A stretch of DNA of 63,936 nt, counting the filler, from Chiloscyllium plagiosum (Eukaryota), in NCBI RefSeq assembly GCF_004010195.1. It is 4 parts of one record of this genome, joined end to end, with 100 filler letters (N's around TTAATTAATTAA, not from the genome) between each part and the next. Parts side by side here need not be neighbours in the genome. Positions count along the whole stretch, not along the records: positions 1 to 26,140 come from NC_057712.1; 3 more parts are not named here. One strand, given 5' to 3'. Made by a program: the position numbers and the translations under genes. Positions 12,265 to 26,140 of the stretch are shown piece after piece. How positions within the stretch are numbered: the first letter of the stretch is position 1; each line of letters opens with the position of its first letter. The notes beneath the pieces were generated by a model, which worked only from the letters and a program-made list of their open reading frames with translations, ran no database searches and had not been told where the DNA came from.

Positions 12265-13105
12265 CACAGACTGATCAAAGATAGTCAGCATGGATTTATT
12301 AAGGAGAGGTCACACTAAGTCGATTTTTAATGTTTTGGAGAGATAGGATCAATGGAGTACATTAATGTAGTCTGTATGGATGTCAGCAAAGCTTTGATAA
12401 GATTCCATATTGTCATGAAGATAAAAGCACATTGAATCCATGGCAATGAATTCCATGGCTGGATCCAAAACTGGCTTTGAAGCAGGAAGCAGATATAATG
12501 AAGATGGGTATCATGGAAGTCTCAGTACCACAGTTCCACAGGGCTCAGTAGCTCGTCCCTCCCTTTCAGTATATATATATATATATATATATATCAATGA
12601 ACTGTGGGTGAATTTAGGGACTATGCTTAAGAGAATTGCAGATAATACAAAATAATCGTCCATATGATTTTTAGTGAAGAACAAAGCTGTAGGCGACAGG
12701 AAATTCTTGAGGCAGGTGGGAGGGACAGTAGCAAATGGAGACCAGTCTGGTGAGGGGAAGGTAATGCATTTGGAGAGGTCTAAAAAGACAAAGTAAAAAA
12801 TGATAGGACACCCAAGAACATTGAATTGAATAGCTACGGTTTCCTGAAGCTAACTGAACAGGTTGATAAGGCAGTCAAGAATGCATATGGGATTCTTGTC
12901 TTTAAAAGCTGAGTCATGGGATATAAGAGCTGGGAATGTTGGCTGGAACTGTACAAAACATGAGTTAGATCAGAATTGGAGCACTGGGTGTACAGTTCAC
13001 CAACCCACTCCACTATACCCACGCACTACCCACCCCACTACCCACCATGATGGCAAACTTCCAAGTGCACTGGCGACAGTACAGAGGAGATGCACAGGGA
13101 TGTTG
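12265..13105 (+). mobile_element. Old CR1 RT fragment containing an (AT)n microsatellite
   Basis: GATAGTCAGCATGGATTT, CCACAGGGCTCAGTA, GCAGATAATACAAAA. (AT)n at about 12570-12594. Confidence 0.7.
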
Positions 13106-13769
13106 GCAGAAACAATATCAACAACAATAATTTATATCTATTCATCACTTCACCATGTGGATTGGGTTTTAAGGAGAGCCTTAAAGAAGGAAAGTACGTT
13201 AGAGGCGAATTCCAGAGTGTGGGCCTGAGGCAAATGAGCCACAGTCATCGGGTGGAGTGATGCCAATTGTGAAGATCAAAATTAGAGGGGTGCAGAGACC
13301 TCAGAGGGTTGGGGTGCTGCAGATTACAGATATAAGGGCTCGAGTATTGACTGATTCTATGACAATATTAAAACTGAGCCATTTCCTAAATGGGAGCTGG
13401 TGCAGGTCAGTAAGCCCCAGTGGTGACAGGGAGTGACTGTGAGCTCTGGTGTGGGCAGCACGTCTCCAGTTCCAAGGTCACGATGTGAGAGAGCAGCTAG
13501 GAGTCCTCCTGTTCGAGGTGATGAAGGTACAAGTGAGGATTTTATCAGGAGTGAGCCGAGGCAGAGATAAAGGGAGGCAGAGGTAAGGAGGGCGAATGAG
13601 GTAGTCACAGTGATGCCATGAACAATGGTCAGAAACACATCCTGGAATCCAATCTGACATCTGGTAAAATCACAGTCTGTTGTGTGGATGTTCAAGGATC
13701 AGCCTGAGCGGACCCCAGGGGAAGTGGTGCAGCAGCAAGGAGAGAAACTGTCGCAAGTAGCATATTCTA

Positions 13770-14640
13770 TGGCTGACACACTCTGACCAAAACATACACT
13801 TACCAACACACTGTCACCAGCACGCTATCACTGACACAGTCTCACTGACACACTCTGACTGACACACTCCGACAGACAGTCGCACTGACACATTCTGACC
13901 CACATACGCTCACTGACACACTCTGACTGACACATTCTCATTGACATACTGTCACAGACACATTCTGACTGATATATTGTCACCAATGCACTCTGACAGA
14001 CATATGATAGGAAGGAGATTATTAAGCTGGAGAAGGTTCAGAAGAGAAATACCAAGTTGTTGCCAGGATTGAAGGGTTTGAGTTTTAAGTAGAAGCTGGA
14101 TAGGCTGGGACTTTGTTTTAATGGAGCGTATAAGGTGACCTTATAGGGGTTTATAAAATCATGATGGGCACAGATAAGGTAACTGGCAGGTTTCTTTTCC
14201 AAACCGTGGGGGATTTCAAGACTAAGGGACATTTTTAAAGGTGAGAGGAGAAAGATTTTAAAAAGATATGAGGACTGATCTTTTTTACACAGAGCATGGT
14301 TCATGTGTGGAATGAACTTCCAGAGGAAGTGGCGGTTACCATTACAATATTTAAAAGTCATTAGATAAGTATATGAATAAGAAATGTTTGGAGGGATATG
14401 GGCCAGTAGCAGGCAGGTGGGACAAGTTTAGGTTGAGATTATGTTCGGTGTGGACTGGCGGACTGAAGAGTCTGTTTCCGTGCTGTATGACTCTGACTGA
14501 CACACTCACTGACACACTCAGACTGACACACTCACTGACACACTCAGACTGACAAATTCTGACTGAAATATTAACTGACAACTCTGACTGACAGACTTGG
14601 ACTGACACACTGAAAAATCTTGCTCACTCAAACACTCACA
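13770..14640. repeat. ACTGACACACTCTG-type simple repeat interrupted by a CR1 3' end (about 14005-14495)
   Basis: Repeated CTGACACACT(C/CT) units on both sides of a CR1 tail. Confidence 0.75.
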
Positions 14641-16017
14641 CTCAAACAACACTTAGACTGGGAGTGATCATCTTAGCTCTTTTCCGGAATCTTCTTTCAT
14701 TACCAATACAGTCTTGATAGAAAGAAAACGAGGCTGTTTTCTTTCCTGTCTGTACCACCCTAGATCTTTTGTGGCCAAAACATATCTTTAAAAAAAACTC
14801 TATCTGCGTCATGTGACTCCTTTGTGAATCAGTTTTGTTTTTGTTTCAAAAACAGGATTTCTTGTTTGGATGGTGGAACGAGTTTGGAATCTGAGGAGAA
14901 ATCAGCTTGCTTTTGTTTAGCTATGAGGAAACCCACCCTATAGTCCAACCCAACCCAGCAACAGGAACACTCAGTCAGATTTCTTGCAGATAGTTTTAAC
15001 TCTTTCAGAACCTTTCAGTTTACATCTGTTCATAGTTTGGAACATTTTCCATTATTGTCTCCTTCATGTTTTCTGCTACAAACAGAACAATCCAAGTTTC
15101 TCTGAAATGCCTGTATGTAACTGAAACCCCTCATCCCTGGTCCCATTCCCTGAAATCTCCTCCTCACCCTTCCCAACACCTTGACATCTTTCCTGAAGGA
15201 GGTGACACCCAGAATTACTGCAGCTGGGAACTAATCTGTAAATTATTAAGGTTTTATACATTTTAAAATCGAAGTTCTCCAAGGTGCTGACAGGAGGTGA
15301 GCTTCTCCACCATGTTGTCCCTGTTGCTGTACGAAGCCTGGCCGCCATTTTGACTGAGGGAAGATGTGACTGTGATCTTTTCATCTTCCTCAACTGCACC
15401 CCCATGTGGTGGGGAAATACGGATAGCATCTTCCTCACGGACAACGAGGAGTGCCCCTGTGAGATTTCCATGTTTTCTTCATGATCAAGGTGACTTTGCT
15501 CAGCACAGGACAAAGAGAAAGGTTTGGAGTCTCCTTGGACAGGCAGATCCTCCTATTTCCTGCTGTATAACCTTTGCCCTTTCAGTTCGGGCCTGGTGAG
15601 CTGATGAGTAGGGCACCCCCTAACTCACTTCTTTATCAAGCTGGGGCTCAACTGCCCTGATTGATGAGTTGGTCTGCTACAGGCACAGAGCAGAATGAAA
15701 GATATTTTCCTATATCTGCTGTCTCTCCATGTTCACCCTCACCTTGGAATCAGAAAGTTATTAGGTACATAAAGCCTTATGTACCTAAGGCTCTTCCACA
15801 AAATCTGAAGCTAGCAATCTCCATTCCAGACCAAGGGGATACTGTATTGTTGAAGATGCTGTGTTTTGGATGAGATATTAAATGAAGGCCTTTGCCCAGC
15901 CTATTCCTCAGGAGGGGCCTCATGGCAATAGTGGAAGAAGAACTGGGAACATTCCCACAACCAATCCTAGAGACAGCCAGGAGTGTTGCCAATTTGCCTT
16001 TTTGCAATCAGGCTCTG

Positions 16018-16380
16018 GAGTTGAAAAGTGTGGTGCTGGAAAAGACACAGCAGGTCAAGCAGCATCCGAGGAGCAGGAGAGTCAACGTTTCAGGCATTAG
16101 CTCTTCAACAGGAATGTTGGGGGGGAAGGGGGCTGGGAGATAAATAGGGGGTGAGGGTGAGGCTGAGGGGAAAGGTAGGTGGGATGGTGATAGGTGGATG
16201 CAGGCGAGGGGTAATTGTGATAGGTCGGAGAGGAAGGTGGAACGGATAGGTGGGAAGGAAGATAGACAGGTCAAGAGGTTGGTGCCAAGTTGGAGGGTTG
16301 GATCTGGGATGAGGCAGGGATTTAGGTGGATTCAGAAACTAGAGAAATCGATGTTGATGCCTTGTGGTTGGAGTGTCCCG
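16018..16380 (-). mobile_element. Penelope-like 3' region/pLTR with degenerate hammerhead
   Basis: Reverse strand reads QPQGINIDFSSF, then a C-rich UTR and CCTGTTGAAGAGCTAATGCCTGAAACGTTGAC at about 16081-16112. Confidence 0.75.
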
Positions 16381-17170
16381 AGCCCAGCTGGTGCAGAGGC
16401 AGGAGGTGACCGGGAGGAAGTGAATGTTTTGTTGCAGCTGCCCATTGCTGGACCCTGAGCAGTGTTCCAGTCTGGTGAGGACTGTCTGGGTATCCTTTCA
16501 ATATGGTGCCAGGATCTTTGCCCCCTGTAAGGTAATGGTATTGAGGGAGGGGGCGGGTGATATTGAATTCCCACCTGCCCCAGCCACGATATTCATGGAG
16601 CTGCTGAGTTCATAACTGTCTCAATGTGTGTGAGAATCCAACCAGCTCGCTTCCCCTGCCTGCACAGTCCCATCCATTAGTAAATAAGTAGGAACCCCCG
16701 CAGTAGGCCACTCAGCCCATCGGGTCCATTCCATTCAATGAGATCATGGTTGATGGTGTAACAGTGGCTTCACTTCCGAAGTGCTCATTAGCTCATTGGG
16801 ACAGAGACAGCAATGTAGGTGGGGTCTTCCCATGCTTCGAGGTTTTGTGCCTGGCCCAGACATATTTCTTTTCTCGTGGGATTTCACTGTGCTGGAAGTG
16901 ATTGATGTATTGGGGAAGTTAATAGGAATTGCGTTCCACAAATAATGAACTGGACAGGTCGGGAATTGATCCACCCGATTGGATATGATCCCATGAAGCT
17001 TCCGTCTCTTTCCGTCTCTCCCAGAATCGAACCATCTCAACCCACAGTTTTGTTAACCCCTTTTGGTTGGATTCCTCTTCAACCGATCTTGCGTGAAGCA
17101 CAAAGCGATGGCTCCTAACACAACTTCAACCTCTTGGCCAGAGCTGCCTCTGATGACCTGACCTCTCCTC

Positions 17171-17351
17171 CCAGTGCCAGTGCTCAGTGCCAGTGCCCAG
17201 TGCCAGTGCCCAGTGCCAGTGCTCAGTGCCAGTGCCCAGTGCCCAGTGTCAGTGCCCAGTGCCAGTGCTCAGTGTCAGTGCCCAGTGCCAGCGTCCAGTG
17301 CCAGTACTCAGTACCAGTGCCCAGTGCCAGCGCTCAGTGCCCGAGTGCTCA
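17171..17351. repeat. CAGTGC/CCAGTGC 6-7 bp tandem repeat
   Basis: Directly visible tandem units. Confidence 0.95.
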
Positions 17352-20063
17352 GGCACTGGATTAACAGCCAAAATGGGGTTTACGAAGAGAAGATCAGTGC
17401 CATGGAGAATTGATTTTAAAACAGGGCACTGCCATTGACTCAGCTCCAGGCTGGATCAGGAATTTAATCTCGGGGAAAGCCAAACTTGAACCAGGGTCAA
17501 GCTCATTGAAACAACGAGATGTTGACTAGAGCAGGGGAAAATGTCTCCCAGATTGTGGTGGGAACAAATTCACTCTCTCCCTGGAAGGAGAGCCTTTGGC
17601 TCTATATGAGTGAGGACCACGTTGTTGGACGTTGCTGGTAGCTAACAACATCGCTGTACGTGTGTGGGAAACAGCCAAGTGGCTAGTGCTCTGAGAGGCC
17701 CCATGAAGGGCTCCCCATGAACAAGAGACTGAAACAATTGCAGGGGAAACGCAAAATGTCAACGGGGTGACAGAACAGCCAGGGACATTTCCTACCGCTG
17801 GCTAAACAGCTCAGAGTAACAAGAACAGAAAGTTGCAGGAAAGCAGCTTTTAACCAGACATCCCAGGAATGTTCCTCTCCCTCTCCGTCAGGGCAGAAAA
17901 CAGGCACAACCACACTCCTTTATACAGTCAGCACGGTAGTCACCCAGGGCCCATTTACAAAGGGGGCTGGGGGGGGGCAGGTGGTATGGAGTGGAGGGGA
18001 GGGAGTGGTGCTGAGGGGAGAGGAAGTGGAGGTGAGTGGGGTGGAGGGGAGGGAGTGGTGCTGAGGGGAGNNNNNNNNNNNNNNNNNNNNNNNNNNNNNN
18101 NNNNNNNNNNNNNNNNNNNNNNNNNNNNNNNNNNNNNNNNNNNNNNNNNNNNNNNNNNNNNNNNNNNNNNNNNNNNNNNNNNNNNNNNNNNNNNNNNNNN
18201 NNNNNNNNNNNNNNNNNNNNNNNNNNNNNNNNNNNNNNNNNNNNNNNNNNNNNNNNNNNNNNNNNNNNNNNNNNNNNNNNNNNNNNNNNNNNNNNNNNNN
18301 NNNNNNNNNNNNNNNNNNNNNNNNNNNNNNGAGGGATTGGGGGTACAGAGGGACAGGGATTGCAGGGGTAGGGAGGACAGGGAAGGGATGGAGGGGAGGG
18401 AACAAAGGGATTCGAGGGGAGAGGAAGGGAGGAGCAGGGAGAGGAGAGGGGAGAGGAAGGTATAGAATAGAGTGGAGGGGAGGAAACCTTGACCATCTGA
18501 CCCAGCAGGGTTTGAAATGAGCCCCCAGACAGTGGGGCTCAATCAGAAATCCCATGTCCCTTACAGAACAGAGAGCAATGGCTGGGGAACATATGCTGAA
18601 GGCAGATTGTTCCCATTGGCTGCTGCAGCCTGGTGTGTTCTCAGTGAGGTCAGAGGGCATGTGTACACTGTAAATAGTTGTAAACACAGTAAATTCACTT
18701 GAGTATGAAACTGGAACTTTAATCTGTTTGAAATGCTTATGTGTTTGGATTTCCTGTAGTAACCAGTTTTGTCCAGTTGCTTGCAAAGTTGTGTTTGGCT
18801 TGGTTCCCTGTCCTCCCTTCACACATACTGTACACAGAATGACAGTCTCCCACATACAACAGGCTCTGTTCATCAACTCTCCCGCCCTGTGCTGAAATGC
18901 TGAAAACCCCTGGGCACCAGAAAGAAAACAAATCCCTGCTTTGATCGGCGATTGCTACTGGGGAATGAGGGACTGCCTGGCCCCTCTCCCTCTGTGTACA
19001 GACCTCCAGTCAGTCAGCGCTGGCTGCTCTCTCTCTCTCTCTCGCTTGTTTGTCCTTGTGGTGGGGACTGACCCTTTGAAAACCAGCTGTGTTTGTCTCA
19101 GGGTCAGCCGCAATGACAAACACCATGGCACACCGAGCAACAGGATGGAAAGATTGTCGTGGAAACGAGGTCACACAGCTCAGCTCAGCACGAAACCAGA
19201 ACCTCCCTCCTCCACCACAGGCCCAGAGCAAAACAGGAGAGTTTTAGCAACACTCCGTCACTGGTTCTGATTCACAACATCACCCGATACCCTCCCCCAA
19301 CTCACACACACACTTACAGCCTTTCACCAGAGTGAGTAGGCTGCAGAAACTGTCTCTTTGGAAATCTCCCTTGGGCTGTTTAAATGATTGAAAGTAAGCC
19401 ACTGTATGAAGTGCACAGTATTGACGAGGGAAGGGGGCAGGCTCTAATACAGGATGGAGCACTTTCAGGGCACACTTCCTCAAAGGAAGGGATCAGCACA
19501 TGCTTTCCATCTACCAGGGGAATTCCCTCTTGTGATAGAGGCTGTTTCTTACAACCGTGGGAACTGTGCGAGGGAACCAATGAATCCGATATCTCTGCTC
19601 CTCTTTGTCTGTCACTCCAGGATGATTGTTTCATTGTTTTGGAATGTAACCAGTGCACCGAACCCTTCCCCTCAGCCGCCATTCCCAGTGTCCGCCATTG
19701 AGGTTTCGGGAATTGGGCTCAGGGTGCAAACCCTCCCAGGATGCAGTCTGACCACATTCCGGCAGTTCGGATCCAAACATCCAGCTACCTCCCGCCTTTT
19801 GGTGCTGCCAGGCTGCAGTTTGCACATCTTCAGGCTTAAATAAAAGACGGGTATTTGGTGAGCAACCTGAATGGTTTTCAGTTGTCCCAAAGAGTTTTAG
19901 ACACAAGGAAGTACCCTCTACCATTTGTCATGCGGGAAACACAATTGCACACAGCAAGATCCCACTAACTGATAGGTGGTCAATAACTGGATCATTCATT
20001 TCAGTGAGATCAGTGGAGGGAAAAAAAATCAGCTCAACAAATCTGGGTGAACTCCCTTGCAAA

Positions 20064-20223
20064 ACAGTACAGCACTCCCTCAGTACTGACCCTCTGACAG
20101 TGCAGCACTCCCTCAGTACTGACCCTCTGACAGTGCGGCACTCCCTCAGTACTGACCCTCCAATAGTGCCACACTCCCTCAGTACTGACCCTCTGACAGT
20201 GCGGCACTCCCTCAGTACTGACG
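20064..20223. repeat. 33-bp minisatellite, ~5 copies (CAGTGCGGCACTCCCTCAGTACTGACCCTCTGA)
   Basis: Visible tandem array. The unit is the reverse complement of the SINE-like motif at about 22309-22338. Confidence 0.92.
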
Positions 20224-21269
20224 CCCAGATCTTGTGTGTAAAGGGGATTTTGCCTCACATCGTGTCAAGATAACACTACTTTACAGTAAAACATGAAATA
20301 AAAACATGAGTTTTTATTTTGTACCCTTGTAACACGGGAGTGTCACTGGCTGGGCCAATATTTATTGTCGGTGCCGAATTGCCCTTGAGGAGTTGGTCGG
20401 TTGCTCCCTTCTTAAACCGCTGCAGTCCTTGTACTGTGGGTGATGTTTACAAGAGGATTCGACTGGCCGCACTTTGGGATTTCATGACAGGTGCTATATA
20501 AAGACGTTTCTTTTTGCAGTGTTTCATATCACCGAGTGCAAGTGCTCAAGGCCTGGGCTCCGCCCATTCAGAGTAAAGAGCTGCGTGCTTGCTCCCTCTA
20601 CAGCTGGAGCTGCTAGAACAGGAAGGTCATGGGTGAATTTATCCTTTTGGCACTGAAGGCGAGACTCTCATTCTTCCCAATATTGACATTGATCACCTGT
20701 GGGATCTTGCTGAGTGAAAATAAGCTGCTGTGGTTTCTAAATGCTTTGGAGGCATCTCAAGGTCACCAAGGCATGACTGAAATGATGCTCCTGGTCGTAC
20801 TATTGTCGGGTGAGGTACACCGCCAGTGGGCAAAGGTAGTGGCCCTGTCAGCCTCACTGCAGCACAAAGTTGACAGGTTAGTGTTGGAGAGCAGGCACAG
20901 ATACGGCTCACTGGTTCCTTGGGGTGAGGGAGGTTTGGCTGTCCCTGACGTGATCCTGGGGAATTGCCATTGCCAACCGGATGGATTTCAGGAAGTAGGA
21001 AGTGGGGAATGGACAGTGAAAGTGCCTGCCTCACATCGTTAAGTGATACGGGATGGTGGTGTAATACCTCCTCTGTCACCATTGGCACTGCAGCCAAGGC
21101 CAGGCCCAGTCCGTACATTCCTGGTGACCTTTGGGGAGCCTGAGGGACGATGGACAGATGGAGGACACAAACAGATAAGGTCACAGTTCATTAACTCAAC
21201 TCCATAATCACATTGCCCAAGCCCCAGAGTAACTGATGGAGACAGCAGTGGGAAGCCCTTGGGGACTGG

Positions 21270-21660
21270 AGTTTTGAAGTTTGAGAGGTGACCTTATTGG
21301 AATATACAAGATTCTTAGAGATATTTGACAGGGTAGATGTGAAAACATTGCTTCCCCTTCTGGGAGGGTCTAGGAGCAGAGGGCATAACCTCAGAGTCAA
21401 AGGGGGCAGACTTAAGACCGAGGAAGAAGCTCCTCTCTCTGAGCGTCATGAATCTGTGGAATTCCTAACCTCAGAAGGCCATTGAGGCTGGGTCACTAAG
21501 TATATCCAGGACTGAGAGAGACAGATTCTTAATCAATGAGGGAATCAGGGGCTATGGGGAAAGAGCAGGAAAGTGGAGTTGCTTATCAGATCAGCCAGGA
21601 TCTCGTTAAATGGCGGAACAGAATCGATGGGCTGAATGGCCTGCTCCCATAGTCTTATGT
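21270..21660 (+). mobile_element. CR1 LINE 3' end
   Basis: LPLLGGSRSRGHNLRVKG; tail GGGCTGAATGGCCTGCTCC. Confidence 0.8.
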
Positions 21661-24264
21661 TGCTCTAGGGGAAACAAATAGGAAAGATGGCTCAAGGCTA
21701 CAATTCATTGACATGTCACGAGGTTCTCCATGTGGTCTTGGTCAAGTTATCCTCTTTGAAGCATCAAAAAGAGACCCTGTCAGTCTGGTCAGTATCACAT
21801 TGCTGTGTCTGGGGGTGTGCTGTCCCAACAATACAGCTGTGAGTTCACTTCCAAAAGCTACCTCACTGGCACGAACACACTTGGAATGGCCTGAGATTGC
21901 AAAAGGCGCTACAGAAATTCAAACTTTTCTTCCTTTTGTAGTTCTATTTCTGCCCAGAAAGCACCTCCCCCTCCTTTCAGATGGTCATGGCTTGCTGCAA
22001 GCTGCATTTTCTAGTCTGGAAGAATCAAATTCCTTTCGCTATGTAAATCTCGGAGGAATATTCTCACAGAAGCCTCAAGCTAGCTGCTGTGATGAAAGGG
22101 TTTGTTTTTGTACTGGATTGCAGACATTCTTTGATCTGTGTGAGAGGGAGACAGAGTGCCAGCAGTACATGCCTGCTTGAACATGTATTGTTAAGAGGAA
22201 GGCCAGGGCTGCAGTTCACTCTCAGTGGTGGTTTAATGGTCAGTCTGCTCCCCTCTCTGAAAGACAGCCCAGAATTGGAGCAGTAAACCAAGGCATTCAG
22301 TTGCTGTTGTACTGCTGAGGGAGTGCTGCACTGTCAGGGGTGTTCCAGACAGGATGTGAAACTGCTCACTTCCTGTCTCCATGCGATCCACTAATGTGTT
22401 CTTTGATGGCCTCACCAGAGATATTTTTCTGGAGTGTGAACATTTACGCATTCCCAATGGAAGTCTAGAGAGAGAGAGGGAAGGAACTGTGCACAACAAG
22501 ATCCCACAAGCAGTGGTATGTTTTTCACCTGCAGTGTTTGGGTTGTGGACTGAGGGGTAAATAATGGCTCATGTGGGAGATCACTGGCTCATCTTCAAAG
22601 ACTGCTATTACGCCCATGGGGTATGGGGCCTTATTTCAGTGTTCCACTGCCAACAGCAGGACCTCCAATAGGGCAGCACCCCTACATGGCTGGAACCTGG
22701 CCTTTTCCGAGAGGACGTGGGGCCTGAACCAGCCAGTACCCTGACTCCGCACTGGGCTGCACACTAGCTGAAACCAAATCGAAACCGTAAGGCAGTCAGG
22801 TCTGTTCACACGGAGGACGCAGTCTTCATTTCTTGACATGGAGGGAGCAGGCCACATTTTGCAGCGGAGATGCTGAGCTGGGTTCGACAGTGCTGCCACT
22901 ATCCTGTGAGGCCGGAAGCAACGGCAAGACCTATTCAAGGCAGCAGCAGCAGCACTCCCCTCACAGAGCTTCCCCTTTCAGGAGATGAGACTGGTGTTGC
23001 GGTGTGGGGAGCGGGCGGTGTCTTTTGTTATCTGAAGACAGGGAAGCAGCAGAGCAAACTCTGGCCTAGGAAGTAACAGAAGGAGTAATCTGCCTCTTCT
23101 GTGCTTCGATCACCAAAAGAAAACACAACCTGTGCTATCCAGGGGATAGTTGTGTCTGACTGTATCTAACTAATTTCAGAGCTGACTACAACCTTCAGGG
23201 GGATTGGGGAGGGGGGGAATCCTATTAGGAAACTGATATTTCATATCACCCGCCTCCACTTTACAATGCTGCCCATTGGGCCTTTCAACACCCCCACCCA
23301 CCCCCTCCCCTGGGCTTCCAAAACAGTTTGCAACAAATGAAGCAATGTAGGCAATGTGACAGGCAATCTGTGCACAGCAAGATTCCACAACCAGTACAGA
23401 GTGAAAGAGCAGTTCAACCTGTTTTCTCAGTGATGTTAGCTGAGGGATGAGTATTGACCAGGAAGATCTCCTGTTTGTCCAACCGTGCAATGGGATCTTT
23501 GGTATTGAGCTGTAGGAGAGAAGATAGGGCCTCAGAGTACAACATCAACGCAACCTCACAACAAAGTCCAGTAGGACATCACATTTTGGGGATAAGGTGA
23601 GAAAGCAGACATTTTAATGCTATTGTTTCTCAGACAGTGGGAATCATGGGCAGGCCATCCCACGTTACCCCAACCGATGCTGTGCATTAACTGAAGGGTT
23701 TACCAGGCCCAGTCACATGGCCAGTCATTGGTGTGGGGTTTAGATTCACAAGCGGGGGGAGAGACTTGGAGGGGGGGGGTGGGAAGGCAGCAGATTCCCT
23801 TCCCTAAGGTCAAATAGTGAACCCCATTTGGTTTCTATGGCAACCTAACAGCTCTTACTTTTACTGGGGCCAGCTTTTTAAAAACAGAATTTTAATCCTA
23901 AAACTGCTCTGTTCGGTCAGGATTTGAACCTACATTCTGTCCTAAAGGTTGATTGAATCTGGTTTCTACAATAACTGGACCAGTAACATACCCATGACAA
24001 CACATCCCAGAATCACAAGGGTGAAGCGAAACCTTTCAATCATTCCTTCCACAATCAAACCAGCCCCAGAATTCAATAATGAGTGACCGTACTGAAAGTT
24101 AGGTAGACCCACTGGCTTTCACAAGGGGAGAGACGGGGACGGAGAGAAATAAAAGGAGGGGCAGACGGAGAGACAGGAATAACAGTCATGGTCAAAGAGA
24201 GGCTGAGACAGAAAGCGGCTCATAGAGTGAGACAGGGACAATTATAGACAGAAAGGATGAGAGA

Positions 24265-24570
24265 CATAAATAGAATGGATAATCAGAGACGTTCTCCCAG
24301 GGTGGAAATGGCTATCATGAAGGGATATCATTTTAAGGTGATTGGAGAATGGTTTAGGGAAAGATGTCAAAGATAGGCTCTTTACACAGAGAGTGGTGGG
24401 TGTGTGGAATGCACTGCCAGCGGTTGTAGTAGAGTCAGACAAATTAAGGACATTTAAGCAACTTTTGGATAGGCACATGGATCACAGTAAAATGTAGGGT
24501 ATGCAGGTTGGAGTAGCATAAAAGGTCGGCACAACATCAAGGGCCGAAGGGCCTGTACTGTTCTATGTTT
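24265..24570 (+). mobile_element. CR1 LINE 3' end
   Basis: CACAGAGAGTGGTGGGTGTGTGGAATGCACTGCC...GGGCCGAAGGGCCTGTACTGTTCTATG. Confidence 0.8.
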
Positions 24571-25904
24571 TATGAATGAGAAAGGTGGACGGATAGATAA
24601 GGGGTGACAGGCGGACCAATAGTGAGAGACCGAAGGTGTCAGAAACAGAGGGGAATGGAGAGGAGAAGGAAGTGGATGCATAGAGAAGAGCAATCAACCG
24701 AGAGTAGAGAATGAGAGAGGAGGGGATGGACAGAGAGACAAAGATGAAGAGAGAAGGAAGCAAAGAAAGAGAAGACAAGGATGAGAGAGAAAGGGAGCAA
24801 GACAGAGAGAGGAGAATGAGAGAGTGACAGAAAGTTGAGTTTCATTCTTACACTGTTAGCTTTGCTAATTGAAACTGATAACAGTGCTGAAAGTTTGTAC
24901 CCCTCTTGCTCAATATGTATTCAGTGTGCAATTCACAGTGACTGAGCGACAAGCAGGACCAGGCAGCAATGCAAGCAACAAGCAGAGCTATTAAAATTTC
25001 ATTCAGTCTCACCAATCCCACAACTCATTTCCAAGGAATCATCAATTACAGGCTCCGAATCCAATGGCATTAACTGATAGATGTGATTCTGGTCATTATT
25101 TCACAGACAGCACCTGTGGAAGTTCCACATATGACGGTGTCAGTTTTTGACAAATGATACCTGTGCAGCTCATGTCCCTGTCTTTGGAAATCTCTAGAAT
25201 GTAGGACATAACAACTTTACTGTGATGTGCCTCAGTAACTAAAACCCACTTCTCATGAATACATTGAGAACTTGCATTTGTATAGCACCTTTGGCAACTT
25301 GGAACATCCAAAAGGGTTTAGCATTCCCAGGGCTGATTGTGTTGAAACGTTAACTCTGTTTCTCTCTCCACAGATGCTGCCAGGAAAAAGTGAGGACTGC
25401 AGATGCTGGAGATCAGAGTCAAAAAGTGTGGCGTTGGAAAAGCACAGCAGGTCAGGCAGCATCCAAGCAGCAGGAGAGTCAATGCTGCCAGACCTGCTGA
25501 GTGTTGCCAGTACTTCGTGTTTGGGGGAAATGTAGCATCTATCATCTGCACGGCAGGATCACACAAATGACAATGACTGGCAGACAGGTTGTTCCTCGAT
25601 GGTAATTGTGGGTATATATACTGGCCTGGCATGTCAGGTTAAACTCCCCTGCTCTTTCTGAAGCTCAGCCAGTAAAAGCATTTAAAACCCACGATGCAGC
25701 TTCAGCTTCTGCAACTGAAGTGAAGTGAAGCACTGAGCCATTTTTCTATTTCACTGCCCACCGTCAGCTATTCTCATGGGGCTTTCCAGGGGCCAATGAC
25801 AACCTCATTTAGTCAGATTCTCCTCACCATTAAGGCTGGATTACACGTTCCTCAGGGTGTCGAGTCCCAGGCAGAATGCCTGGGCCATTAGAGAGGGGGC
25901 TTGT

Positions 25905-26140
25905 GCACGTGCGTATGTGTGTGCGTGTCTGTGTGTGTATATGCGTATGGCTGTGTGTGTGTGTATCTGTGTTTGTGTGTGTGTGTATGTGTATGGCTGT
26001 GTGTGTGTGTGTGAGTGTGTGTGTGTCTGTGTGTGTGTATGGCTGTGTGTGTGTATGTGTATGGCTGTGTCTGTGTGTGTATGGCTGTGTGTGTGTGTGT
26101 CTGTGTATGTGTATGGCTGTGTGTGTGTGTCTGTGTGTGT
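25905..26140. repeat. Compound (TG)n microsatellite ending at an assembly join
   Basis: Directly visible. Confidence 0.97.

Noticed and set aside
16744..17101. Minus-strand ORFs of 60-98 aa; similar ones at 4-291, 7732-7994 and 19384-19701
   Set aside because: No recognisable domain or consistent exon structure, and the lengths are expected by chance in GC-richer DNA.
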